A stretch of 42,202 nucleotides of DNA from Ionaspis alba. Lineage: Eukaryota. This document shows, one piece after another, positions 1 through 12,745 of the stretch (position 1 is its first letter; every line of letters starts with the position of its first letter). The position numbers and the translations under genes are program-made. The stretch covers positions 1 through 42,202 of the forward strand of contig CAXUUL010000058.1 of the NCBI GenBank assembly GCA_964255285.1, given 5' to 3'. A model generated the notes under the pieces. That model saw only the letters and a program-made list of their open reading frames with translations. It was not told the DNA's origin and searched no databases.

Positions 1-236
1 GATGCAAAGAGCATCTGCTGCATCGAGGTATGCATGTAGTGATTCGCATATGCTCCAAAATTCCGATCGCGGAACTTCACCCGAAAGTCAGCCCTGTACG
101 ATTAACCCTGACCAACTTGCGCCAAACCTCTATTTACATCTACGTCACTCGTCTCCAAAAACCCTACGAGATAATCAGAACGCTCGGATAGGCCAATTCA
201 TAGCTACGACAACGTGAAATAACCACAATTTTGACG

Positions 237-1416
237 ATGAGTTCTAGTAAGTACAGTCAAGGCATTCATCGTCGAAGAGACATACTCATTCTTCGACAAG
301 GTCAGTTCGAGCTCTCTGATCCTCCAAAGGATGCCATTTCCGCTATCAAGTTTGCACCGACATCCCTGCAACTGCTTGTCGCGTCTTGGGACAAAAATGT
401 ATACCTGTACGAAATCGCGGGTAGCAGTGGTAAAATGTTACGCACCTTCGAACATCGAGCACCGGTCCTAGATATATGCTGGGACGAGAACAAGCAGGTG
501 GCCTACAGCGCTGGCTTGGACTGGGACGTGAGGAGGTAGACCCCCCGACCTCCCATCCCTCTTCGGCTTCTATCGACTTTGCCAGACTAATATCTTTTAT
601 CCTAGAATCGACCTCGAGACTGGTGTCCAAACAGTGCTGTCCTCACACACCGCCGGGGTCAAATCTCTTGCCCATAGCGCCGAGCACAATCTCCTCATAT
701 CTGCCTCGTGGGACTCCACACTTCGAATTCATCATACCGACGATTCGACTCTTGTCCCTACCACCATTCCCCTCCCTTCAAAGCCCTTCTCCCTCTCTAT
801 GACCCCCACGAAGCTAGTCGTGGCAATGGCATCCCGCACAGTGCACATTTATGACCTCAAAGCCCTTTCGCTACTATCCTCCCAGAACGTCGCCTCGACC
901 TCGGAAAACACAACAAATGTCTTAGAAGTGGAACCCTGGCAGCGTCGCTCCAGCAGTCTGAAGTTTATGACTCGAGCGGTGGCTTGCATGCCTGATGATT
1001 CTGGTTACGCTTCCTCGAGTATCGAGGGCCGCGTTGGAGTGGAATGGTTCGATCCTTCGCCCGCCTCTCAGGCACGCAAATACGCCTTCAAATGCCATCG
1101 GCAGCCTTCACCAGAAGGCATTGATATTGTGTATCCTGTCAATGCGCTGGCGTTCCACCCTATTCACGGCACCTTCGCTTCTGGGGGTGGAGATGGTTTC
1201 GTGGCACTATGGGATGCAGTAGCTAAAAGGCGAATCAGGCAGTGGCAGCGGTTTCCTGCTAGTGTGGCTGCGTTGGCTTTCTCTGGAGACGGGAAATACC
1301 TGGTCGTCGGAGTCAGTCCTGGGTTTGAAGATGGAAAAGAGATTGGAGAGGGGGCTGTGGGAATATTCATCAAAGAGTTGGGAGTAAATGAAACAAAAGG
1401 AAAGGGTGCGAAGTAG
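237..1416 (+). CDS. BUB3: Spindle assembly checkpoint WD40 protein Bub3 (3 exons: 237-246, 301-535, 606-1416)
   Basis: The spliced product reads MSSSQFELSDPPKDAISAIKF...LLVASWD...SLKFMTRAVACMP...YASSSIEGRVGVEWFD...KYAFKCHR...VYPVNALAFHP.HGTFASGGGDG, the Bub3/Rae1 signature. SSIEGRV plus KYAFKCHR fits Bub3. Introns GTAAGT..AAG (247-300) and GTAGAC..TAG (536-605) preserve the frame. Confidence 0.93.
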
Positions 1417-2249
1417 GACATCATTCAGTCTGGCTTAGATCGTCCCCAATTCGAACGACCTAGTCAAGGTATCAAAACAACAGTGCTGGGAGTAGTATGT
1501 GGTCTTAGACGAAGCATCCTATTTGGCTGCGCTGAAGAATCATCTTGCTTGAATTTGTGGCCCTTACCGTGTTACTCAAAGTGTGCCTGATTGTTGTATC
1601 CGTGTGACCGTTATTGGACACCAAGCAGGAAGATGAAGCTCACGGAGTCTTGGCTGAAAAGCACATATCTCACCCGGACCACATCAATTGAACGTGGTGC
1701 TCTACCGGCGGTGTTTCATGCAATCCCAAAACAGCATCGTTGGATAGCACAATGCAGCCTCAACCAGCTAAAGAGCCAACTCCAGGGCCGAGATCATCTG
1801 CCACCCTATTTGCATTCGCCACTCTCCAAGGTTCTTTCTCATTGGTGGTACGTAGTACATAACACAATATCAAAAATGTGGTAATTGGATTCTCCCCTGT
1901 CAGTATCGTCCCTCATGTATAAAGAATATAGCTGCAGTTCGGTTCGTTCTGAGAGCGAGGAGAGTGCGTAGGTGTGGCCTGGATCAAGTTACTCCCTATG
2001 GAGACCAATTGCTATCAACTACGAGGACAACAGCCAACAATGAACTCATCTCGGTGCACATGTGGAGCAGTGTACCTAATATTGAGAACTATAGCTTGTG
2101 AGCTCTATTAATCTCATCTACCGAAATCTATGAGTGCCGACTTGGCTTCGCAAGCAGATGTAGCTACTACTTCGAGCTCGAGTTCATAACAAGTTGCGCA
2201 AACATGTCGCCTTCTTTTCCCCAGCGGCCTATCCCTTGAGGGACGTAAA

Positions 2250-4227
2250 TCACGATAATCTTACCTCATCATCATCAGACCAGAACAACAAAGGTGAGCT
2301 CGATGGGCCAGGAGCTTGGTCAAAGTTGAGAAAGCTCTCTGACTCTTCCCTTCGTGGCGTGACGAAGAGACTTTGGCCGTTTGCTTCAGCACGTTGCGAG
2401 ATACGAAGAGGTCCTACCTCGTCCACCCTGGTGAATTCGTCCTCGTTGGTATCCATCAAATACCCTGGGCCAGGAACTATTGAGGGTGAGTACAGAAAGA
2501 CTGGTGACCGCTCAAGAGGAATGATCATAAACGTACCGGGAATATGCAAGCTGGACCTTGACATCAGAATATCATACCAAGGTTTTGTTTCGCTGTGTGT
2601 GATGCCAGGGGAGTTCTGCATGCCTACGGCAACAGTTGTCAATATGACACCATCACATGATACTACGACAAGAGACGGGAACAGTCATCGAGTAACGCTC
2701 ATCTGGGATGTACGTACCTTGCTCGTTATCATCTCGATTAGAGGAGAGTTGGGGAGACCGGATTCGAGAAGGTGTCGCAGAACAGTTGGCGGGAGATGTA
2801 ATGCCTACGCCTGTAATTACAGCCGAGCTCGAAGAGACTTCTTTCAACCGCTGCGCTGGACGTTTCGTTGAGTTACTTGAGCCCGAATTAAAAGATTTGA
2901 ACGGCTCTCCGAAGGCTCTAATTTTCGGTGCCGATTGGAAGTTTTCGCTTGAAAGAGCTTGTGAACTGGGCTTGTCTTCGTGGGAACTGAAATTGTTGAT
3001 ATGGCTTTTCTGCACCTTTCGAGGTCTCCCGTTCTCAGAGAGTGTCTCGTGGCCAGTTTCTTGACCTTTTCCTACACACTCTACGTTCTTCCTTTTTCTT
3101 GAGTCGAGGTCGGTTGAGTCAATTGAGTTCGATCCTGGAATGTCTTGTAAAGCAGTGAAGGTTGAATCTTGACGAGGTTGAAGCTCTGTGCTTTCTTCCC
3201 CGGACAGATCAAGCGTCTCGATGACCGATGGACTCTGTCTGGCACCGTTCGAAGGATGATGCGCCGAGGTCTGGTCGTGAACTAGTGAGGATGTCGACGG
3301 AAACGTAATCTCGTAAAGCTCCTTATAAAAGATCTTACGTTGCAACTTATCATCTGACTTGTTCATACGCGCTCTGATTTTCTTCTCGCTCAATTGGTTG
3401 GCGTATTGGCTTCTGGAGCCATGGTGATGATTGACAAGGTGACTCGTTGAACTCCTTGGCTCCTCTCTAGGCTGTCGCCGTATCGTGGAACTCGTGCTGA
3501 TCTCCTGCAGTAGGATCTTGTTCGTTTCTTGCTGCAAGGGAGGGGTTACCGTCCTCTCGTAGTCGTGGTTATCATGTTTGGAGTCAGCATTTGGGCTCTC
3601 AGCAATGGAAAAGTCACTAAAAGTGCCTTGGCCACCCTGACACTGGAGGCCATTGCTAAGTCCGCCCAGATTCATCCGACTCTGCGATAACGGTGGTATT
3701 GGCGGCACATGGCTGCTCGATAGTGTCGATACTGTGCCATGTGACGAGCGAGCCTCGGGCTGGACATCTCCATCTTGGGTCGGCAGCCTTTCTGACTCGA
3801 TGCAATGAAAGGGCTTATCTGTGGTGCTCTCAACCTCGATCCCCAAATTCGCGAAGCCTGCGTTTGTTGCAATATCATTCGGAGTAAGAATTTTCGGCTG
3901 TCTTTGTTGTTTAGATTGCTTTATAGCGCCGACAGATTGTCCAGTTCTTTCCGGGCTGTCGAGTACTATGGGGAATCTCGAGCTATCTCCACGCTGACGT
4001 GGTAAATCTGACCTTTGTTCCCTTGGTTGAGTTTTAACTTGGACAGTAATGTTGAGAGAGCCTTGGATCTCCAAGACGTTATTGGTTGTAGAGAAAGACC
4101 GTTGATTCGGTGTGAGGTGCCTGGAAAGGTTGTGGAGTGCTCCTCCAAGAGGTGGATGGAAGGTTGGAAGAGTGTTTAACTCATTCTGTACCAAGTCAGT
4201 AGTGCGTAACGGCCCTGAATGTATCAT
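2250..4227 (-). CDS. Hypothetical, largely disordered S/Q/P-rich protein, multi-exon; true start and stop uncertain
   Basis: A 524-codon ORF (2653-4227) joins the 2250-2642 ORF in frame through a GTACGT..TAG intron (~2717-2663). Further GTAAGA (~2264) and GTAAGC (~4252) donors suggest additional terminal exons. It carries basic clusters (SRKRKN, RPRKVQK). No family recognised. Confidence 0.6.
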
Positions 4228-6334
4228 GCCAAAGTTTAGAAGTATTGCTTACCTTAGGCTCTGGAGTCGGAGTAGTATGTACGATCGATCGCCTCGGTCC
4301 CAACGGAATCAGATTTGCATTGCCGTGTCGAGACTTCTTCCACTTCCATGGCTGAATGGACACCATGTTTGTAAAAAGATGATAGCGTATGAGTCACAAC
4401 AGGTATAGAATGTCGAGGATAGATCTTCCCTTAGCTTTGTGACCTTGACAAGCCGCCTATTGTGTCAATGTTCCGAGCAATGGTGGTTCAGAGTATGTGA
4501 AATGCCAGATTTGGGTGATGCCTTGTACGGTCAGATACTCTGGTATGTATCAAGCGTGCCGGACAAATCGACCAAGGATGAGGGTAAGCTTGATCGCTAA
4601 ATCTGCTGGTGAAGCTCGATCTATTTGCGCAATTTATCCATATGAAAATTTTTGGATTGTGGGAGAAGAAATGCACGTCGCGTAGCCCAATTCGAATATC
4701 AGTCGAAGTCGCGTTAAGCAAACGAGACTCTTGCCCACTAGACCACAGCGGGACAATTGTGGTGAACCTGGCCCTGGTCACTTTGCTCAGCAGTGGTCGG
4801 GGAAGGGAAGTTGCAGATTGATCTTCTTTCCAGATGTGGTTAGAAGCAAGTCCTGGATCTGACAGGTCATCCAGGTCCCTCTGCTCCTACGACGGCCGGA
4901 TCAATATTAGCTCTTGGGAAACACGGGCTATCCATGTTGGTGGCTTATCAAATTTCACTCTCACTCAACGGTCCAAGTTATCAGTAGGTCTAGGTACTGC
5001 TCCGTGCATTATTTTTGCGTATTCTCCTCGCCTATTCGCAGTTTTTCGGACATTCGTTACTGGATACAATTGGATTTTTGGAAGACAGAATCGGTCGAAT
5101 CCTACGAAAGAGAATGGGTGTCACATTCGATCCAGATTCCAATGCGCTAGAAGCGGAGACGCGGATACATCCAGGTGTTGGGCAGCCACGTGGAGAGTTT
5201 TCTGAGAATGAAGAACTGGGGGGACAACAAAAGCTGCGGGACTATTCATCCCTCCAGGGAGGAATAGAAAGGGCTTTGCCACTGCCTCCACTGAGCGTCG
5301 GGAGCACTTGGATTATCCCGCTACCAGCTCCCAAAGGACTGACACGAGGCCGGAGACATCTCTACCTCTGCGGTATTAAGCGATATGTTGAATCCAGATG
5401 GCATAGAGGTTCCACACCCAAGCGATGCTCTGGAGCTCAAGGAACACCATGAATTGGGCCATGCTTCACTGCTCTGTACGGTCCCGATCCTCGGGGGGCT
5501 CATAGTCAGTGATGGTTCATATTCCGAGCTGCTAACTGTCTCTGTAATGTAGGCACATCCTGGTAGATCACAAAACATAAAATTCAGCGCTTGACAGTGA
5601 CTGTGTATGAACGCCCTGGTAGGGCTTTGTTTGATCATATTGTATACATGGAGGACGCTTGAGTACGTCGACAGGGATTGAATAAAATCGTAGTGCAATC
5701 CATAGGGGTCAGGAAAGCCCTTGTGTCATACGAACAACTGCAACCCTTAGGACGCTGACTTTGGTTGGGCAAAATCTGCCACAGCTAGAGACGTAAGAGG
5801 AACAGTTGATGGACAAAGATGAAGGAAGTCAAGAATGAACCGTTCTTCAAGGACATGCCAAACGTCGTCTTCGCATGTGGCAAACCCACTGGAAGGCCTC
5901 CACAGGGGTAGATTCCCCGGGATGGAGCCCGACGTGTACAGATAAAATCCAAAGGTATTTTCGAGTCGGTATCTCATCAAGAAACCTATCGTTGAAGTCT
6001 TCTGAAAAAGCAGTTGTGGTGGAAAGTGAGAGTGTAAGGTGGGAGAGTCCTCTAGCGTCTTAGTTTGATTGGGAAAGCCTTAGCTTCCTCGGCAATCAAA
6101 TTACGGAAGAGAGGTATCCCCGTCATTTCTGCACCTCCATGAACTGCCTTCAACCATTCTCCTGAAAGCTACTCGTTCTTTCCTCTAGCACGCCGCTCTC
6201 GCTGCACAGCTTTCACTCCTTCAGCTGCATCAGCGACCACAGTCACTCATTTATCCTTTTGCTTTTGAATTTGAAGCACAAAGCCCCCGCATCGGCCTCG
6301 CTTTTCCGCAAGAAATCTCTTTGAAGCCATCAAT

Positions 6335-8042
6335 ATGATGTGGGTCAGTAGCATATTTGCATCAGCGTCTCGACCTTGATTAACCTCTCAGTAGTATCTT
6401 ATCACAACAACCTTTGCNNNNNNNNNNNNNNNNNNNNNNNNNNNNNNNNNNNNNNNNNNNNNNNNNNNNNNNNNNNNNNNNNNNNNNNNNNNNNNNNNNN
6501 NNNNNNNNNNNNNNNNNCAGCGTCTCGACCTTGATTAACCTCTCAGTAGTATCTTATCACAACAACCTTTGCGCTGTGCGCGTCTGTTGTGTTAGCCGTA
6601 CAGCCTATCAAAGTAGAAGGGGCGGATTTTGTCAATACCATATCGAATCAGCGATTCCAGATCATCGGTGTAGCGTATGTCTACTCTCGTCGTCTCTGTA
6701 TCATAGCCGGTTACTCAATGAATTGTGCAGATATCAACCGGGTGGATCCGCTGGCTTCAAGCCAGAGTCGGGCGTCGATCCTTTGAGCAATGGAACCACT
6801 TGCCTACGCGACGCAGCGATCATGCAGAAACTCGGGGTCAACACGATAAGAGTCTACAATCTCAGCCCAGCCATAAATCACGACGAGTGTGTTTCAATAT
6901 TCAACTCTGTTGGAATCTACATGCTCATCGATGTCAATTCTCCACTTCCCAACGACAGCATAAATAGTGGAGACCCGGGAAGCTCATACAGCTCGACTTA
7001 TCTACAGCGCATATTCGAGGTGGTGGAGGCATTCAAGGATTATCCCAATCTCCTGGGCTTTTTTGGTGGCAATGAGGTTGTGAATAATATCGAGACAGGC
7101 AAGAACGTGCCTCCTTACCTTCGAGCTGTGACAAGAGACTTAAAGAATTATATCGCCAAACATGCCACCCGAGCCATTCCGGTGGGATACTCTGCCGCAG
7201 ATGTTCGCGAGATTCTAGTGGACAGTTGGGAATACTTACAATGCACCGTCGATGGCACGAAGGACGACAAGTCTCGCATCGACTTCTTCGGGCTCAATTC
7301 GTACTCTTGGTGTGGATCAACTGCTACCTTTCAAACAGCTGGCTACGACATTCTCGTTTCAGACTTCTCCAACACCACCGTACCGGTCTTCTTTTCAGAG
7401 TACGGCTGCAATAAAGTGACACCCCGTGTTTGGACCGAGGTCCAGGCACTCTACTCGGATCAGATGACGTCGGTCATGAGCGGAGGCTTGGCCTACGAGT
7501 ACACGCAAGATCCAAGCAATAATTTCGGCCTTGTGGTCGTCAACAGCAACGGTACGGCTACCTTACGCACTGATTTTGACAACTTCCAAATGCAACTCAA
7601 CAAGCTCGATGTCAAGACTCTGGAGTCTGCCAATATGACTGCCACGTCTCTCACACCACCAAAGTGCAAAAGCAGCCTCATTGGTTCCTCCGGCTTCAAC
7701 AATGAATTCACCATTCCCTCCATTCCTCCAGGTGGACAGGACTTGATCAATAATGGTATCAAGAACCCTAAGAAAGGCAAGCTCGTGCAGGTCGCGCAGC
7801 TCAATGTGCCAATGACGGTATATGGAAGCAACGGTGCCGAGATCAAAGGATTGGCGATCAAGCCTTTACCCAACGACGAGAGCAATACGCCCGGTGGTGA
7901 AAATACCTCCGGGAGTACTCCTACTACCTCTACCTCGGCCACTCCGTCACCAACCGGTGCTGCTGTGGCAAAGAGAGTACAGAACGTACTTGGGCTGGTG
8001 GTCACAGCAGCTCTGATTACATGGAGTCTGGAAATGTTCTAG
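6335..8042 (+). CDS. gel2: GPI-anchored 1,3-beta-glucanosyltransferase, GH72 without CBM43 (Gel2-like)
   Basis: After splicing and closing the false gap it reads MMWYLITTTFALCASVVLA (signal peptide) VQPIKVEG...IIGVAYQPGG...DPLS...CLRDA..MQKLGVNTIRVY. It has the catalytic GNEV and FSEYGC motifs, IPVGYSAAD, an S/T-rich stalk and a hydrophobic C-terminal GPI signal, with no Cys-box domain. Introns start at 6344 and 6675. Confidence 0.93.
6363..6572. other. 100-N scaffold gap (6418-6517) flanked by an exact 55-bp duplication; assembly artefact
   Basis: The sequence cagcgtctcgacc...caacctttgc occurs at 6363-6417 and again at 6518-6572. Collapsing the two copies yields a normal intron and an intact gel2 signal peptide. 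Confidence 0.9.
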
Positions 8043-8967
8043 GTCGTACGAGGAGTAGAACTATGTGAGGAGCTCATACCCAGCTGGTTTGGGATTTTGA
8101 TTCTATTGCACATAATGGGCATCGAGGCGGCCAGCCGTCTAGTGCTTTTGGATTACTGGTTGGTGGTGCATTGTTCAACGGAGGTACTGCGAGTGTTTTG
8201 CATCCTTGATACCCTGCATTTTCTTGCGTTTGTACAAATAGAGAGATATTGAGGTTGGGGTATAGCTTCCAGGGAACTATTGCAGCCCATTCACTGAGCG
8301 ACATGATACTCTTTCCAGAGCGATATGGAACTTTTAGTAGGCCATGATCGGAAACTGAGCACGAGGAAGGCTAACACTATAACACAAAGCTTTTCTGACC
8401 ACTTCCCGCGATTGTATTGCCAAGATTTTTCAACCTCCAACAGAAAGTTTTCACACGAGAATCAGGTCCTCTGTGGACACCACTCACACAATCGCTTCCG
8501 CAATATTTCGCATTGCTCCATACTTTGAATCAAATTTCAGAGAAAGACCGTTTAAGTGAGAGGTAGTTAGCCGAGTATAGCAAAGGTAGATGACCGTCCG
8601 TCTGACCCAGCCCAGAACCCCCCAATGAGGATCCGAAAAGTGAGAAGTACGCGAAAAGCACAAGAAACTAAAGCAAGTAGATATCGTGCAAAACATGGCA
8701 ACAGACCAGCCGTCTTCCCATCCATGTTTTTGTCCCAGATGCCATTGAGAGCAACACAGTCGCCATACAGATAGAATCCAGTCGAGCCGAGTAACCGTCC
8801 TACCCGTATATTCCGAACCAGGTCAAATCCACCATGGCCGGTTCCATCCCAGCAGATTCCATGTCCCATCAAGCCATTAATATCATAATGCTCATCACAC
8901 AGTTCCCGTAGCAAATAACGCCAAGCCTTCCCCAGTCCCTAAGTCGTGACTCTCTCATATAGTGGCA

Positions 8968-11289
8968 TTACCTCGTGTATGGCTTGTTCATGGCCGCGAT
9001 CTCCCTGGCGATTGTCGCCCATTCCAATTCCCGGCGAATGGGCAACCCGCGCTTCTGCTGCTGGACTTCCTCCCACTTAAGAAGTTCGTAGGCGAAGCGA
9101 AGGTGTGGCTGAATGATAACATTAAGACGACGAGCACGAACAAAACAACTAATATTTGTGGTTAGCTACGCAAGCTTGAGGGTAGTTGAGGGTTACTTAC
9201 TATGCTCGCGGAAATGAGAGGTGCAAGGCCGCCATAACTTCAGCTATGCAAATTGTAGCAGAGCGAGACACTCCAACACGACAGTGAACCAGAGTCGCCG
9301 ACCCGTCTGCTTTTCCTTTTCCTGAAAAACCTGTTTCAGTCACAGCTTCATAGTTGCAGAGGTCGACGGATCGAGACGGAATCAAACTTACCAATGAACT
9401 CCAGACACCGGTCAAATTCTTCTGTTAGAGGATCGACGCCATTGTCCTGCACACGATCTACGAACAGAACATTTTCCGACCCCCAACTTGTCAGCTTTTC
9501 TTCAGACCAGCCGACGGGCTCTCCGACACTCAGTACTCGCTTGATACCCATTGCGGACAAGAGGTCTGGGTTGTTCGCATGACACAGATTGCCTAGATAC
9601 ATGTACGGAAGTATTCGGCTGGGTAAGCTTCCGTCAAGACACTTTAGCCAAGGGGGATCTTCCGGAACGGACGATGGTATATTGCCTTGTCCACGTGGTG
9701 ATTCCTGTAAGATGCGTGGCTGAATGGCTGTCAGAAGAGCGACGTCAGACGGGTACGAGAAGAAGTTGCGCTTCTTTTCGCAGTGAAGTCTTATCCAAGC
9801 GTCATGGACAGTTGCGCACTCCGCGTACATAAAGTATGCTAGACCAAGCAAAGAGCTTTCGGTATAGCCGTCAGCGCAATGTATGAGAATCCTCCGGGAC
9901 CTTGGAGATAGTGTCCTCATAGGAATATCACCGTCACTGTCGTGCTCGCCGTCGTCACTGGGATCGGGAGTCATCTCTGGATTTGCAAGCTTGTGAATCC
10001 ATCGACACGTCTCGAGAAGCCCGTCAACCTCGGAATGTGACCAAGTAGGAGGCATAATGCTGCCAGACGACGGGAATTCGATATGCTGCTGGCTAGTAAT
10101 GCTCTTCTCGGCAATAGTGTTCAGCGTCTTGGTATCAGGGGGATGGGCAAGATCACTAGCTTCTATCAAGACATCGAAGTTGGTCTCTTCTACTCCAGCC
10201 TCGGAAGATGTACAGATTGTAGAGTCTGGTGTTGGACCGAGCCACACGTTGTGGGTAATCTCTGAAGCTTTGGACATAGCACACATTTCTTGGCGTTCCC
10301 ATTGGACTACTTGATGTCAACTCCTGCACCCACGAGGAAGTAATACCACATCGGACTCACAGAAATCCATCATGTTTCCAGTCACCTGCTCTTGCGAACC
10401 AATGGCCACGAGATCATGACACTGCTGCTCGAAGTCGCTAAAAGGACCTTACAGGCTTCGTCAGTTATCTGGCTTAGACGAAGCATTTTATCACTCCCAA
10501 CTCACTGGAAACAACAAAGGTATTGAATACAGCCGGTTCAAGTCCTCCCGACTCACATGTCTCCCGATATGATTTTTGCGCCGCGGCAATTCTTTTGGCC
10601 AAACCATACAGCTCATCGACTTTGGTCTCATCATCCTTGTACACCACTATGTCCGATACCATGGCCATCTTAGCTGCTTGTATGTGGAAGTTACGCACTG
10701 AAAAGCCATCCTTGGGGTCTACGTTGAAAAACGTGGGATTTTTGGACGCGATGGGTGAAAGTAACTCATACGGTGATATGGCGCCTTTCAGTCTTGCCTT
10801 GGAGAGGTCTCCGCCAGCTTTGATCAATGTAATCCCTCGCAAGCATTTCGGAGTCTTCCGTAGAGCTCTCCGTCGAGCAATGAAAAACGCAAGCTGAATC
10901 TGATTGTCCTGGTGCAAGCCATGCAGCCAAGGAAAGACCTGTTTCGGTTCCGGCAGCGGCTGGGTAGCATTGTGATCAAGTGCGGCAGAAAGCTCGAGAG
11001 CGTCTATCGAGTATACCGGGGGCGAGTCGCTGAGTTTGCGGAATCGGTCGGGAGGGTAGAGCTTCGAGAAGGGTTGAGTGCTGAGGTGCTTGGCGGGAGG
11101 GGAAGCAGGCGGAGTGGCGGGTGTTCGTGCTTGGATGGATGGAGCAGGTCCGGGTGAGCAATATGGAATGTGTTTGTTGGGTATTGGAGCCGCCTTGAGC
11201 TTAGAAGTATCAATGGAAATACCGGTCATGAGAGGTGGCGGCGTTCGGGACTGACGGATAGGAGCTTGTTGCACGACCAGTGTAGCCAT
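8968..11289 (-). CDS. PPS1: Dual-specificity protein phosphatase Pps1 (4 exons)
   Basis: Starts MATLVVQQ. Contains VFPWLHGLH, GFSVRNFHIQ, ASEITHNVWLG, HCADGYTESS, GSLPSRILPYMYLGNL, the active-site loop VHCRVGVSRSATICIAEVM, and FVRARRLNVIIQPHLRFAYELLKWEE ending at TAA 8968-8970. Introns lie near 10449-10504, 9323-9391 and 9150-9200. Confidence 0.92.
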
Positions 11290-12745
11290 TCCTGCAGGGA
11301 GATATGACGGACAGCCTCGTAATTGCAGAAAGCTTAGGTAGATATTTCTCCCAGTATTCCCAACGATAAGCAGCAAATGCTGTGGCAGGCAGAGACCTTA
11401 TGGCAATTTTGAGCTAGACAAGCTCATTTATGCTTTGAAGCTCTTCGCAGTGACACGGCGGAAAAGCACTGCAAGAATCCGGAGGACAAGCTCGGTAGGT
11501 CATAAACACGTCGAGTGCTCGCATGGGTTTGAGACGGATGGCCGAGGGTAGTCAGGAGCGAGAACTGACGAGTGTAATGCTAGTGAGCTTCGAGAAGTGC
11601 ATATGGAAAAGAAGAAAGATACGAATTGCATTCTGGAAGACATGATGCTTACTTGAGTGAGCAGAATTATTGTGAAATGAGGCTTGCAGGGTGGGAGATA
11701 AGGATCACGGCGCAGGCGTTTGATCAATGCATCGGTCTCGAGAAGCTATGCCACATCGTTCACCGAAAGTGCCGAAGCAGTAAGCTCAACGACTTGTTCG
11801 AAGAGGAGAGAATGATTACAGCAAAGCTATCGAAGGTGGAAGTTGGGGAGGGAATGTGTGAGCGAGAGAATGTGTAGATAGTGAAGATAATGATTGAGAC
11901 GGTTCCTCCATACAGTCCGGGCTGGCATGGCGTTGCCAACCCCACTTCGTCTGGGCCACTGGAATGCTTGCAGTAGCGTAACCCCACTAATGCCCGCCAA
12001 TGCCCAACAGAGCCCGCTAGAAATGCCGCTAATCTGCCAATTCTGGGGATCGCCAGCAAGAACTGGCACCGCTGACACCCGTTGGTTGGACAATGGAAGC
12101 TTCACACTTCCTTAGTGGAGGGGAGGCCCAGGCTGCACCGTTGTGATGATTCTCTACCAAGTACAGAGGTACTACGCGGTAAACTTAATGCGACGACACT
12201 TCTACCAAATTGGATTTGTAGCTAGCTAGATTGATCGCGAATGCATAGGCTGTGGAATTGGAAGGACTTCATGTCTCCTCCAGACTTTCCAGTGATCCTC
12301 TGTTACACACTGTACCTACAAATCTGGCCCGTCAGGATCCGGCTGCCGATTGGAGATCCCTCCTTAGCTCGTCCTATCCTTTCCATGCATCTGCATATTG
12401 GTTCTTCAACCCGCATCTAGAGGCGCCCATCGACGATCCCCTCGTCTAAAATCCTCATGTCGCTGCTCTCATCCGTTCTCTTACTTCCTGCAGTCCAAGC
12501 AATATTGCTATAAATGATGCTTCTTTCAGCTATTGTAGGCACTTCATCGACGTGTTCACATATTCGAAGCTACGGGTTCCTTGCAACAGAAAATCTGTCC
12601 CGGTATCCGAGGTTATAAAGCCATGCAAGACTTTCTTTCCATTAATACAATCACGTACCAGATACTTTTCACCTCACTGAACCATCGGCCCCCGTGACAT
12701 CTCCTAATTAGCCGAAATCGTGTCTCTGGAGAAACTCTTCAGTGC

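Noticed and set aside
2194..3064. Plus-strand ORFs of 225 and 118 aa
   Set aside because: They are antisense shadows of the minus-strand spliced gene, have non-ATG starts and show no recognisable motifs.
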